Shown: positions 53,115 through 64,000 of the stretch, piece after piece
Layout of the letters: each line of letters starts with the position of its first letter
Position numbering within the stretch: position 1 is the stretch's first letter
Assembly: GCA_013115125.1 (NCBI GenBank)
Contig: JABANN010000129.1
Coordinates: forward strand, 1 to 64,000
Length of the DNA stretch: 64,000 bases
Origin: Perkinsus olseni
Lineage: Eukaryota
Reading direction: 5' to 3'
Notes under the pieces: model-generated
What the model saw: only the letters and a program-made list of their open reading frames with translations
What the model was told of the DNA's origin: nothing
Database searches by the model: none
Program-made: the position numbers and the translations under genes

Positions 53115-55186
53115 ATGGCTCTTTCGCGGTACCCCGGCTACGTTCCATTTTTAGCTTCCCAGCGACTCAACGAGTTTTTTTCCGTTCCGCTGACCTCTAG
53201 CTTGACTCCTGACCAGCTGCGTTGCCTTATCGGTGATCAGTATAACGTCTTAACGTCATACCTAATATCAAGTAAATTTGCCGAGCGCCGGCGCGATCTT
53301 GCGGATTGCTTTTTTACCACGGATCTCATGCAGACTTGCTCATTCGCACACGAGCGAATTTTATTGCTATCCAGAACATATGAAAGTATTGTTATATAGT
53401 ATGCTAAAAATACTATTCTTTGCTACTGCCTGTCACCCTTCCCTCAGTCGGAACTGTTCCAGCTCGCTCTGGCTAGACCGCCTGCTCACGAGAAGTCCTC
53501 GATGGAGCTCAGCGGCATCTCCACCGACCCTCCTCCAGAGGACGCTGCCTTCGCTGATCTCGACAAGATCGACTGGGGCCTTCCGATGCTGGCGCGGGCT
53601 GGAGGCTGGGTGCACCCTGGTATCAAGTACCTTCGACCAAAGGTTCGACCGAGTTACTTCGACTGCCGTTAACAGTCGCGCTCAGATGGAACTCCGACCG
53701 AGCGGAGTGTTCTCTGTCTTCGAGCGTGAGATTCCTGCGGGAGAGGTTTTAATGAGGATTCGTGAGCATGCTGCTGTGAGTCGACGAGAGCTCAGCGGCG
53801 AAGGGGTTGATGATGGATCAACAGATATCACCGAAGATGCTTGACGATAGTGTCTGGTCAGAAAGCGAGAAGCGTCGGATCTCTAAGCTCACTCCAGAAG
53901 CGAAGATAGCCCTCTTCCTTTTGTCGGAGCGGGAGCGCGGTGCCCATGGACGCTGGGGTCTTTTGATCTCTAAAGTGACGCAGGTTCGATACCCACGGCT
54001 GTCGATTTGTGAATGCCGTAGGTCTTCTCAACGACCCCTGCAGTACCCCCGTCGGTAGAGGAATGGTCAGCTTTGAATAAGCGAGTGAAGAACATGTACA
54101 GGACAGTAAAGGCACTGGCCATCCTCGGCAACGTCAGTGCTGCTATCACTCCCATCGAAAGCGCCCTCTGCTGCAGAGCTCCTGGTCCGACGCCTTCGTG
54201 GCACTCCACTACGCACAGTCGAGGACGATCGCCTTGCCGAGCGGATGTTCCCTCTCCTCGGACAGGTAAGTGGACGCTCCCTCATGCTTGCTAAGGAGTG
54301 TCTAGCCCGGTATTGAAAACGCAGGCACCGCTTGGTTGTGGGTTTGGACCTCCTCAACCACGCCTACAATGTATCAGCAGTGAATGCTCGAGTTGGCTAT
54401 GCTCGATCGCAACTAGTAGGCCCACCAGTGGCCCCCCGCCGCTTTCGGGTCATCTCAGAACTGCTTCCCCCTTCTTGTTGAAGCTGCTACTAACATCACT
54501 CAGGGCTATGAAGTTGTCCTCAGCTACGCTGCTCTAGTCAGCAGTATCCCACCGAAGGTGACTATCAGTTCCCCTCACATTCTCGCGATACACTTTGGCG
54601 TAACACCTTCAGAATCTCTGCAATTGGTAGCTTCTGTTTAACGGACTGGACAGAAGCCGTTCATAGTTCATAACACTGCAGCGCCAGGAGATGATAGGCT
54701 GGTCTTCGCTAGCAAGGGGGCCGCTAGCAACAGGGCTCAAGGGTGTTCTATCTGCACCCACAGCTCCGTTATTTCCTCTTCACTGGTGGTAGTTGCGAGT
54801 ACGCAAGCAATTCCTTCGACCGCATTCGTTCTTATTGAAAACGTTCTAGGGGCCCACAAGCTAGGAAGACCTTCCTACTAGCTCCGCACGCGTGCACAGC
54901 AGCAGAGCTAAGTCCGTAGCAACTCACCGACTCGTCCGTGGATATCGGAAACATGCCTTTGTGACAGGTCAAACCGTGTGAGTGGTGGCTGGTGAAGTAC
55001 AACTTCGTCCCTGGACACACCCGTAGTGATGACCCTCTAGCGGTACCGCAGCTCCCCGGTGTCACTCATCCCCGGTATACAGCTGAGAGCGAGCTGGGCG
55101 TGGGCGATGCAAGAGGGATTGGCAAGAGTCCGGAATGGATAAGGGAAATCCAGCAGAGGTCAGCACGCGTTCCCTTCACCCGATGA
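53115..55186 (+). CDS. SET-domain lysine methyltransferase (Rubisco LSMT/SETD3-like), spliced; exons approximate
   Basis: GGWVHP...GVFSV..REIPAGEVLMRI, IALFLLSERERG...RW, LVVGLDLLNH (SET signature) and WLVKYNFVP (LL.YGF-like). Confidence 0.7.
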
Positions 55187-55999
55187 GTTGAACCACAGCT
55201 AGAGGTGTCAGTATAACTCATGGCTCCATCGTAGTTGTGCACTATAACTCAGTATAGTGATCTGTAGCTTGATGAACCACTTACAATCACTCGCAGACGA
55301 ACCCAGGGTGCAGAATCATATATCGGTAGTCATATATCAAGTAGAGATGGTAGACACTATAGTGCAGCTGGTACTGTTCTCCCCAGGTGGAGGTCGAGGT
55401 GCTTGAGGAGCTATCATCTTTTCGACGGTTCAACGGTACCGATGAATCTTCTCGACTGCGCTAGGATGGAGAGACTCATAGTAGCCCATCTCGATTATAT
55501 ACATAACGATGGTAGGGCAGCAGCTGCCTGATGGCAGCACGCATGCGCATGTGGATGCGTGCAGTTCCGTCGGGGCCGACTCGTCTGATCGTGGATGCTC
55601 ATAGTGACTGGCAAGAGGGGAACATGCTGGACTGGGAGAGGATGGAGCACCCCATGCTGATTGAGCTAGCTCAGTCTGCTGCAGCCATCCAAGGTTAGTG
55701 ACAATAACATTCAAGAGCGGGGAGTGTGACAAGCATGTCACGATTATCGATAGTGCTTGTCTTGGGTGGCATGTTGTACGTGAGTTAAGTAAACTATGAA
55801 ATCGCTCGGAATTGAAGCACTAGCAGCTTGAGGAATCGTAGCCTGTAATTTTTACTCTGCCGCCTTGGTCGTCGGTGGCTCCTCAATTCCGTGATCTGGT
55901 GAATCTGGAAGCTAATTGTGGGGTAAGCTGCTTCTCGAGGAGTTCACGTTGATTTCAGCGGCATCGAGGAGAATCTTATCCCGGGTACAAGCCGGAAAT

Positions 56000-58900
56000 A
56001 TGACGCGGCCTGACCTAGTCGACCAATCCCTCTACACTCTCGGCCTGGAAAGATGTGCGCGCGAAAACAACGACAGTTACGAGAAACTTGCTAAAGTAGT
56101 TCCGTCGATGAGCTAGCTGCTGGCTATCGATGGACCGGCAGATCCTCACAGAGGTGTCCAAGCTAGATGAGAACAGCTACTCTGAGCTGCTGGAGTCCAG
56201 TAGAAAGGCTCAGGAGATGGCTAGCAAGAAGTGGAAGAGGACGGGGCAGTCGGTGGGGAATCCCCACTGGGGATGAGGCCCCTCGACGACGGGGAAGTTG
56301 ACAACCGCATGATGAAGCATGATGAGCTCTGACAATCACTGGATTTCCTTTCCTGAGATATTTGCGTATTCTGTCACTTCGCATGGGAAACCGCCTTTGA
56401 ACGAGAAAGGTGGCTCTTCACACGACATTTTTCTCCTTTTTTCTCCATTTTTCGCAATTTTTCCAATTTCGCACATATTTTCCCAGTTTTTGGCACCCCC
56501 CTGGCAGCATCTGTGTATCTGATTATTCTCTTTCCCTGATTGTATGCGACCCTGTGATGAAGTTGGCCACTATCGCGCATACTTCGACTCGGTACTACTA
56601 CCCGCGCGGACTGTCAGCTTCTGACTGTCCTTTCAAGCCAGGTTGTTGATACGATAGAAAGGAATGTAGCTCATGTGAACGCCCTTTACGTTCTATTTAC
56701 CCATGGGGACAAAAGAATACAATCCCGCATCACTAAGTAGGCGGAGCGGAGCTCAATCGGCATAGGCTCTCCATAGAAAACAGGTACTTAACCAAGCGGG
56801 AGGCCTTCGTTCTCGGCGCGACATGTACGAAGCTGTACAGAAGCATCGTGCTGCCTTCGTTACAGGCGGGCGGCGTGAGTCTTGGTGAGCGCCGGGCGTC
56901 CTCTCCCTCGTCGAAGAGGCGCCCTTTCCCTGGGAAGGTCCACCGATGATGAAGGCGTTTGAGTTCTTACGCAGTATCGAGTCGGGTCTTCCAATTGGCG
57001 AGGGAGAGCTTCGCTCCGCCTATGGCTTTTACCGGAGAAAAGGCCTTCCCCGGCTGCTAGATGCTATACGCATTGTGGACCGCATGACGGACCCTCTGCC
57101 GGATGAATTTGTCGTGACTGTACGTTGCCTCCATCGTGCTGGAAGAGCCATCAGTCTTGCAGGTCCAGCGGTTCATATTCGGAAGCGCTTCTCAGTCGCA
57201 ACGAGGGTTCTCCAAGGCTTTCAGATCGTAACGCGTTGCCTTGCGGAAAGACGCTACGTGGCCCTTGCTCTTTTGTCAGGTACCTCAATCGTCGTCATCA
57301 ACTACTGGCTTCATTCCGGGTGACTATCTTGGGTGATCCTCAGTCCCGACTACACCTGCTTCATAGGGATATCGACCTGTCGGCCCTGATTCTCCTCCCG
57401 CCACAGCCGAGCTATTGATGCCACCTAAGCCTCGGGGGGTACACGCCTCTACCGTGACCACGCGGAGAGTGTTCTCCGTAGGTGTATAATATGCTGTTGA
57501 ACAGAGCTCTGTTCGAGAAGTTCGATACTGACGCTGACGGCGTCCTCTCTGTCGCTGAGCTCGCTAAGCTGGTGAACTCCAACAGCGCATTGGTCGCTAA
57601 CTCTGATAGCTCAGAAGCTTTTAGGTTGAGTCTGAGCTGAATGTGGATCCCGCAGAGAGCGTTGCTCTGGCTCAAACTCTCGTTGGAAGGTGAGTTGAAG
57701 TAAATGCGGCCTGCGAGGATCGAACTCGCGACCTTAGGATTATGAGACCTACGCGCTACCTACTGCGCCAAAGCCGCGTTGTGCTTTTTATTCGTCGTTG
57801 AACATGCATGGAGAGATATGGCTCAGTCAGCTCCGCTTTTATTTTAGGATCGGCCATCCGGAAGCGCACCCTCCTCCAGCCCAGGCGGGCATCAGGTGGC
57901 CGTCATTCAACTCCTGGTGGAGTCTCATTCAAGTCAAGTGGCGGAGCCTACTCGCCAACTCTCCGCCACACGGCGCAGGCGTGAAGAGCAGAACGCTGCC
58001 ACCATCCGTCCCTAATGAGTTGCAATCTCGCTCAGAAACTAGCAGAACTTCTGGAAGCATCGGTGGTCGCAGCCAGCCGGCCCCTGCGGTCAACTCTCCA
58101 CCTTCGAGTGAATCAGGTCGAGAAAGCAGTAGCGCTGAAGGTGTCATGGATCGTGCGGTTGATGAGACTCCCAGCGAAAGTTCCGTTATGTCTTCGAGAA
58201 GTTCCGTCGAGGAGAACTCTTCGGCAAGCAGCCCTCGTGAGGCTTCTCACTCCTCAGCTACGTCAGTAGGCAGCAGCTCATCCAGCGAAGACCATACTTC
58301 CTCGATGGCCGCAACCCACTCTGAGGCTGATGACTCATCCGACCAGTCTGATGGGCGGATTTCCGACAAGTCCTCGGGGTCTTCGGGTGGCTCCTCTGCG
58401 GCCGGAGACGCTCCCAGCGTCGGCTCAAGCTCGCGAAGCCAATCTGGCACTGACCTCAGCGGTGCTCACGGAACCGAGACAAGTCCGCCATCATCGAGCG
58501 AGCACCCATCTTCTCGCAGTAGCGCGTCTCCAGTGAATGAGGGATCCCTCGCCTCAAGCGGCCACGGTTCATCTAGCAGAAGAAGTTCCCTCCCGTCTAG
58601 CAATGAGCGCACGATCCCTGGTAGCAGCACGTCCGGATCAGTTGTCTCCTAGCGGGAGCATTCATAGTTGAGTATCCTGGGATGGTACCCTAGACTTTCA
58701 GGGTCTTCCTCCGATTTCTGCATGCCCTTCCGTCGCCCTCAGCTGTTAAGTGACTCTCAGTACCACGACTGCTTCTCCGAGGCCTCCTCTGAAGGCCCCG
58801 CCGAGCCTCAGCAGGCCGCCTCCTCGAGTCGCCCCAGCGGCGGGGAGTCGAGGATCCTACCTGGTTACGAGATGGGCATAAGCATGCAAAGCGGCGAGAA

Positions 58901-60797
58901 CAGTCGTGTCAGTCGTGTCGGCCGAGGCGATGGCAGCAGCCCTGCTAAGGCACAGGGAATATCCCAGCTGAAGTGCATCGGCTCCCAGGACGAGTCCAGT
59001 GTCCTGCTCAACGACGACGTCAGTCCGAAGGCCCCGCAGCCAAACGGAGGTGCCTCCTCGGCGAGCGGTGCAGAGGTGACCGGTCTGCCGCCGATCAGCC
59101 CCAACGTCCAAGCGGACTCAAGCCAGCTTGCTGAGGGGCCCTTCCCTAGCTACGTCTACACCCCTGCCGACCTCTCGGTGTCTACTCCCCTTCTGATGGG
59201 ACAGACTGTGGAGCACAGCCACGTGTTGGGCCCGAGCTTCTCGCTCAATCGAACTAGTGGAAGTCTTCCGGCGGGGTATCGGAGGAGCGCTGGGCTCTCT
59301 CAGTTGGACAGCATCCTTGGCGAGGGCCCGGCTGCTGCTGCTGCTGTTAGTCAGGAGGTGTTTGAGCCCTCCCAAGTGTGCCACCACGAGCCTTCCCAGT
59401 CTGTGTTGATCGCCGATCCCGAGCCGGAGAACGGCCATGATGTTGTGGATTTGACTGGTGGGAGTACCCCGAGAGTAGCTGTTGGTCCACGGGTTACAAA
59501 GAGCGAGCCCCTGGTGAAGGACGAGGAACCCGACGTCTCGGATGGACAGGCAGCGGCGGGTCGGTTACCCGCCTCGTCCCAGCCCCTGCCCGAGGTTCCG
59601 GACGATCGGTCTTTCGAGTCGTCGTTGGAGATAGCACGACGCTTGGGGTTGCTCGAAGACTCGGCTGCGGTGGTCGATGACGCCGGGGCCTATCCTTCCC
59701 TCGCTCCGCCCGAGGGTTCGGAACTCCTACCGGATGAGATGGAGACAACAGCTGTGCAGCCAGCGGAGACTAGGGGCGATGAGAGTACACCGAGAGGCTC
59801 TGATGAGGGGGAGTCCGAGACGACCTCAGAGGGCCTAGCGGACGGCAGTGAGGGGTTGTCACCGAGAACAGAGTCTGGAGTTGATGAAGGGAGCGAGGAG
59901 TGTAGCGAAAGTGCTTATGATGATGGAAGTGATGGTCTGCAGTCCGACTCCGAGCCCGGGGAGGAGCCCACGCCTGAGAGGTCCTCGAGTTTCGAGCCCA
60001 CGGCGATGCAGGACGAAGATGAGGAGACTGCCTCCATGCTGCCGAGAGAAGATTCCGAGGAAGAGTCTGAAGAGTATGCCACGCACAGCGAAGAATCAGA
60101 AGGTGAATCGGCATTGGACACGTCCGCAGTACTGGAAGAGGGGCCATCTGAGAGCTCCTCGGACGACAGCTGCATCAGCGAGGCTACTGCTGGTGTTGAG
60201 GGTCCTCTGGGTGGCCCCCAGACTGGTCCTTCGGGCGAGGCTGGATCGACGCCTGGTAGAGGGCCGGGCGGAGATGGCCATTCGATGGACTTCGATGAGA
60301 GCTGCTTGAGTGCGAGGAGAGTGACGGACCCCGCCACAGAGTTCCGAACGCCACTTTCTGAGGCCGGGGTCGATGCTGATATGACGATGGTCTCTCTTGA
60401 TGGATCCTTCCTAGTGGAACGAGGAGAGGATGGTGGGAGTCGGAGGAAGTCTAGGAGGAAGCGACGACGATCTGAGACGAGGAGGAGTCTGGCGGGGAAG
60501 CGGTGCCGGAGGGAGGAAGCCTCGGAGCTGAGGAAGGTGCCAGAGAGATTCAGCCCGCGTTTGATGTTAAAAGTGTTCAGTTTTCTCAAGCTCAAACCAC
60601 CCCTTACCGAGATGGGGTTGGAAACACACCAGGACTTCCATGACGAGGGTGGAGCCAGCCCGCATCAGAACTGCGTCGCCGGTCGTCTCGGTCATGGAGT
60701 TGCGAAGGACCGGCCACCGCGAGTCTTGAAGCCGCTTAAAAGTAGGAAGGGGGCGGCTGATCCGTATGCTGCTGCCAGGCGACGTTTGCAAGAATGA
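56000..60797 (+). CDS. Large hypothetical protein with an EF-hand and a long Ser/Glu-rich disordered C-terminus
   Basis: Exon LFEKFDTDADGVLSVAELAKL; long ORFs 57848-58652 and ~58700-60797 with a basic cluster RRKSRRKRRR. A single gene is inferred, not proven. Confidence 0.6.
57705..57777 (-). tRNA. tRNA-Met (CAT), elongator-like, antisense inside intron 57690-57847
   Basis: GCGGCTTTGGCGCAGTAGGTAGCGCGTAGGTCTCATAATCCTAAGGTCGCGAGTTCGATCCTCGCAGGCCGCA folds as a 73-nt cloverleaf with G1:C72 and a TTCGATC T-loop. Confidence 0.96.
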
Positions 60798-60949
60798 TCG
60801 TTATACTCGGCAGACTACACTGTATTAATTATTGCATCTTCTTTTCTGCATGGACGGAGGGCTCTCGTTGAGTGGGGTTACTTCAGGAGTGTTCTGACCA
60901 GTAGTGGCGAGCACGGCGCTGTCATGGGGGAATCTTATTTTACAGAAAA

Positions 60950-63351
60950 AGGTCTAGCAATGATACAGCATGTTTGAGAGACTCGAGTCTGTAGTGTTCA
61001 TCGGGAAAGGCATGCGGAGGGAGCGAATTCCAAGAATCAGGAACGCGGCACCAGCGGCGATAAATCGCCAAGTCGTTTTGCATCTTCGTCACGGCCAACT
61101 GGTATGGGCGCAACGAAGACTTCGATCGTGTATTGTAACCGCCTTGGCTGTAGGAACGCCTTTGGGGACCTTCTTAATCAATATAGATTGCCCACCCAAA
61201 TTGAGCTGAGCGACATGACAATGCGCGCAGACTGGAACTCGACTGCATCAGCGTTGGTTTCAACAACACGCTGTGAAGATGGAATTGTCTTTATGCAGGA
61301 GAACGGTAGACTCATGAGCTCATTATTAGGAGTCCTAACTGTGAGCCTTGGAGGGAAGAATCACGACCTGTGCGTTGACGCATACGAGCGATGTACTTTA
61401 CCGCGGTCGGGGTATCAGTAGGCTGTACTCTTGATTGAAAAGCCCTTTAATACATCGAGCAGTACATGGTACAAGGTCGTGTCTCCACGCTGGAGCGGCC
61501 GCACTTGCCTTTTGCTCGTCAGCAAAATGTGGTACATGCAAGGTACAATTAGCCACGTCGTTCTGCTGGCCGGCGGCCCTACTCGTACGGAACCGTGAAG
61601 AAGCCCACTGCACCCATGACGATATTGTCGAGTTTAACTTGAGCAAACGGTCGCATCACAAGACCAACACTTCTTCGACTCTCCTTCGCGTTTCGTACCC
61701 ACCTGGGGAACCGCTCTTGGTCTTCACGCAGCCCTTCACGAAGGATCCTGCCCCCTCCCGCCTGACGGCCAGGCTATCATCATCCGACGGTTCGAGTGTC
61801 ATTTGGTGGTAGCATTAGCACCATCCTCATCATCTAGTTAACGTGGTTGGTCAAGTTCTTCCTGAGCTTTTGATTGACTTCTCCTATATCTGGGTAATGT
61901 GTTCCCTAACTTAGATTACACGGTGAAGAATCCGGTCGGACTATCCCGGCTTAAATTCCCTGGAGAATCTTCCTCCCGCTTCATTGTGTTGTGCAGACTT
62001 CAGTGACGGTAAGAGTTCTATCGCCTCTTCGCTGAGACGAGCGGTATCATATAACTTCGAGCGAGTTGCGCTCGGAGTGGTCACGACTTCCATGGTGATT
62101 GTCTCGGCACAGACCGAGACCCGGAACAGCGCGCAGATAGCGTGTGGTTATCGAGGGAAACACTAAGTGCTTGCGTGGTATAGCGAGGTGGAGCCTACGT
62201 TAGATCGTGAATAATGTGGTGGACGGCTGCCTCACGTCCAGAACCATCGGACGATCCTGAACTCATACCGACTGAGCATCTTCACACTGGCCTAGGTTCG
62301 GGTTAGCGAAGACAGTATCAAATGCACAGGATCCCCCACTGGTGTGAACTCGAGAATCATGCGATAAAGAGACGATAGTCGGTGAGAGAAATCACTAATG
62401 GTACCGAATAATGCGAATGCAATGTGAGGTAAAATAAGCCTCGTGTGACAACCGAAACAAGAAGTGTTAGAGACGAGTTGCTCGTCGCTGGGCGACGTTG
62501 ATCTCAACGTTAATAAGAGGACGAATAGCGAAGCATGCTGCTGCGAGACAGCGGAGCGGCCGAAGGTGAGACAAAGCTGATCGCCACTGAAGATCCACAG
62601 AACGATTCGCCGCCATCTGGGATGCAGTTCACCCTGATATCGCGAAGGCAACAATTTTAGTAAAGTGCAGGTTGCTCGAGCAGAACAACCGCGAGAATAG
62701 GATGGGAGAGGTCTACACCACCTCACATCACAATCGTCAAGTTCGCTGGGTGAACCCGAAGTCTCTTGCGGACACCCAAGACGTGAGGAGCAGCGTAACC
62801 ATAGAGATGAACCTCAAGGGGACCACGCATCTCCAGACTTGTACCATCTCTAATTCGGGCCAGCAGTGCCGCATTAACGGCTCTGTAGGCACGTAGCTCT
62901 CCTTGGACCGTGATCACGCAAGGCGAACACCCACCGGAAAGAGAAAGAGTGGGAAGTGCCAAGTCACCCAATGTCGAATCAGAACTATCTTTGCGCAGGT
63001 TGATGGTGATAAGCCCTAATGTGAGATCGGCAGGTAACGAAACATGAAAGATTTCGAAAACGAATCGGCCTCTGTAACAAGCTCCTCGATGACCATTAGG
63101 GAAGCAAAAAATCTCCTTCCTAAGTGTATCTCACTTATGGACCACTCGGACTCCGCGACGAGCATCTCGGCCATGTAGGGCACGGCGACGTACTGGAATA
63201 AAAGTCGTCCAATTACCGCAAGCACAGAGGAGAGTAGAAAGAGGTGCAACACCAGAAGAGACCAGCGTGAGGTTGCAGACGACTTCTTCTCAGACGGCGA
63301 ACTGTCGGGGTTGGATGAATTTTGTTGGAGGAAAGAGGAGCGGGAAGCCAT
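60950..63351 (-). CDS. Hypothetical type II membrane protein (N-terminal TM helix, beta-rich ectodomain, possibly LEA2-like); 3' end uncertain
   Basis: MASRSSFLQQ...WSLLVLHLFLLSSVLAVIGRLLFQYVAVP, followed by exons such as LGDLALPTLSLSGG...LEMRGPLEVHLYG. Confidence 0.5.
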
Positions 63352-63542
63352 CTGGGGGAAAGGTGGAAACCTCACACAGGACGCTCACGACAAGCCAGCG
63401 GAATTGCTTTGAATTCTGTCATGAACCATCGTGAACGGTCAACTGAACCCGGTGAGATCAAAAGACCAAAGACGTTGAATACATAACATTCGCCGACCGC
63501 CGTTGAACATTGCTCCTAGTGGATCCTGAACTCAAGACGAGG

Positions 63543-64000
63543 TTATCGAAAAAAGAAGGCGAACGGTCGCGAGGAGAAGTAGGAGGAGCCACTCGGTGAC
63601 CAGTAAAACAATATTACCAGATAACGACATTGAAAGTTGAAGGATTTCACGTCGAGCATCACGGCCACCTTAAAGAGAACGAAAAGGGAGCTGGCCGCTT
63701 CCAGTATTGTGCTGAAAGTCTTGACGCTCATGAGAAAATGTTTGAGTAAAAGTCATGCCTGCCGTTATGCTCTAGTGTGAGCGCAGGAAACCCTACTAGA
63801 AGAACCGGAGTTATGGTACTGGCAGGGAAAGTCGGAGGAGATTCCATCATCTATAGCCCTGGTAACAGAGCATACCTCATAGACTATCTGAAAAACCAAA
63901 TTGAGAAATTTCGCCGATGACTCCAAGATACCGACCTGTAACATCAATCTGAGGCGTCAGAGAGACGGGCTCGACGGCCGGTCGTGGGCGACTTGAAAAA
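63543..64000 (-). CDS. 3' part of a possible membrane-protein gene running off the window
   Basis: Hydrophobic minus-strand fragments VGILESSAKFLNLVFQIVYE and FSTILEAASSLFVLFKVAVML. Confidence 0.35.

Noticed and set aside
59915-60595. 226-aa minus-strand ORF
   Set aside because: Shadow of the low-complexity plus-strand ORF.

Overview
Eukaryotic, gene-dense DNA rich in very short introns (about 40-50 nt). Gene content and style best fit a perkinsid alveolate (Perkinsus-like); this is an inference, not a database result. I assembled spliced genes by hand from the raw sequence, and most ORF-track entries are exon fragments or antisense shadows. Genes in order: makorin, a LOTUS/OST-HTH protein, a CDPK with N-terminal Zn-finger repeats and EF-hands, a GPI-type surface protein, a hypothetical protein, PP2C, two tandem GST-zeta genes, a ~13 kb gene fusing a Bacteroidetes-like PurF to PurD and PurM, a type I PRMT, ENY2/Sus1, SF3A2, a GPI-anchored S1/P1 nuclease, a SET-domain protein and several hypothetical genes. 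The most striking non-coding pattern is in the introns. Both intact tRNA genes (Ala-AGC, Met-CAT) lie antisense inside introns, and about 10 further introns or spacers carry decayed tRNAs or isolated T-arm/B-box 3' halves. Introns also share three stereotyped DNA motifs. The window also contains a hAT-type MITE with an 8-bp TSD, two intronic minisatellites, a perfect 49-bp palindrome and a mosaic segmental duplication. Several gene ends are approximate.
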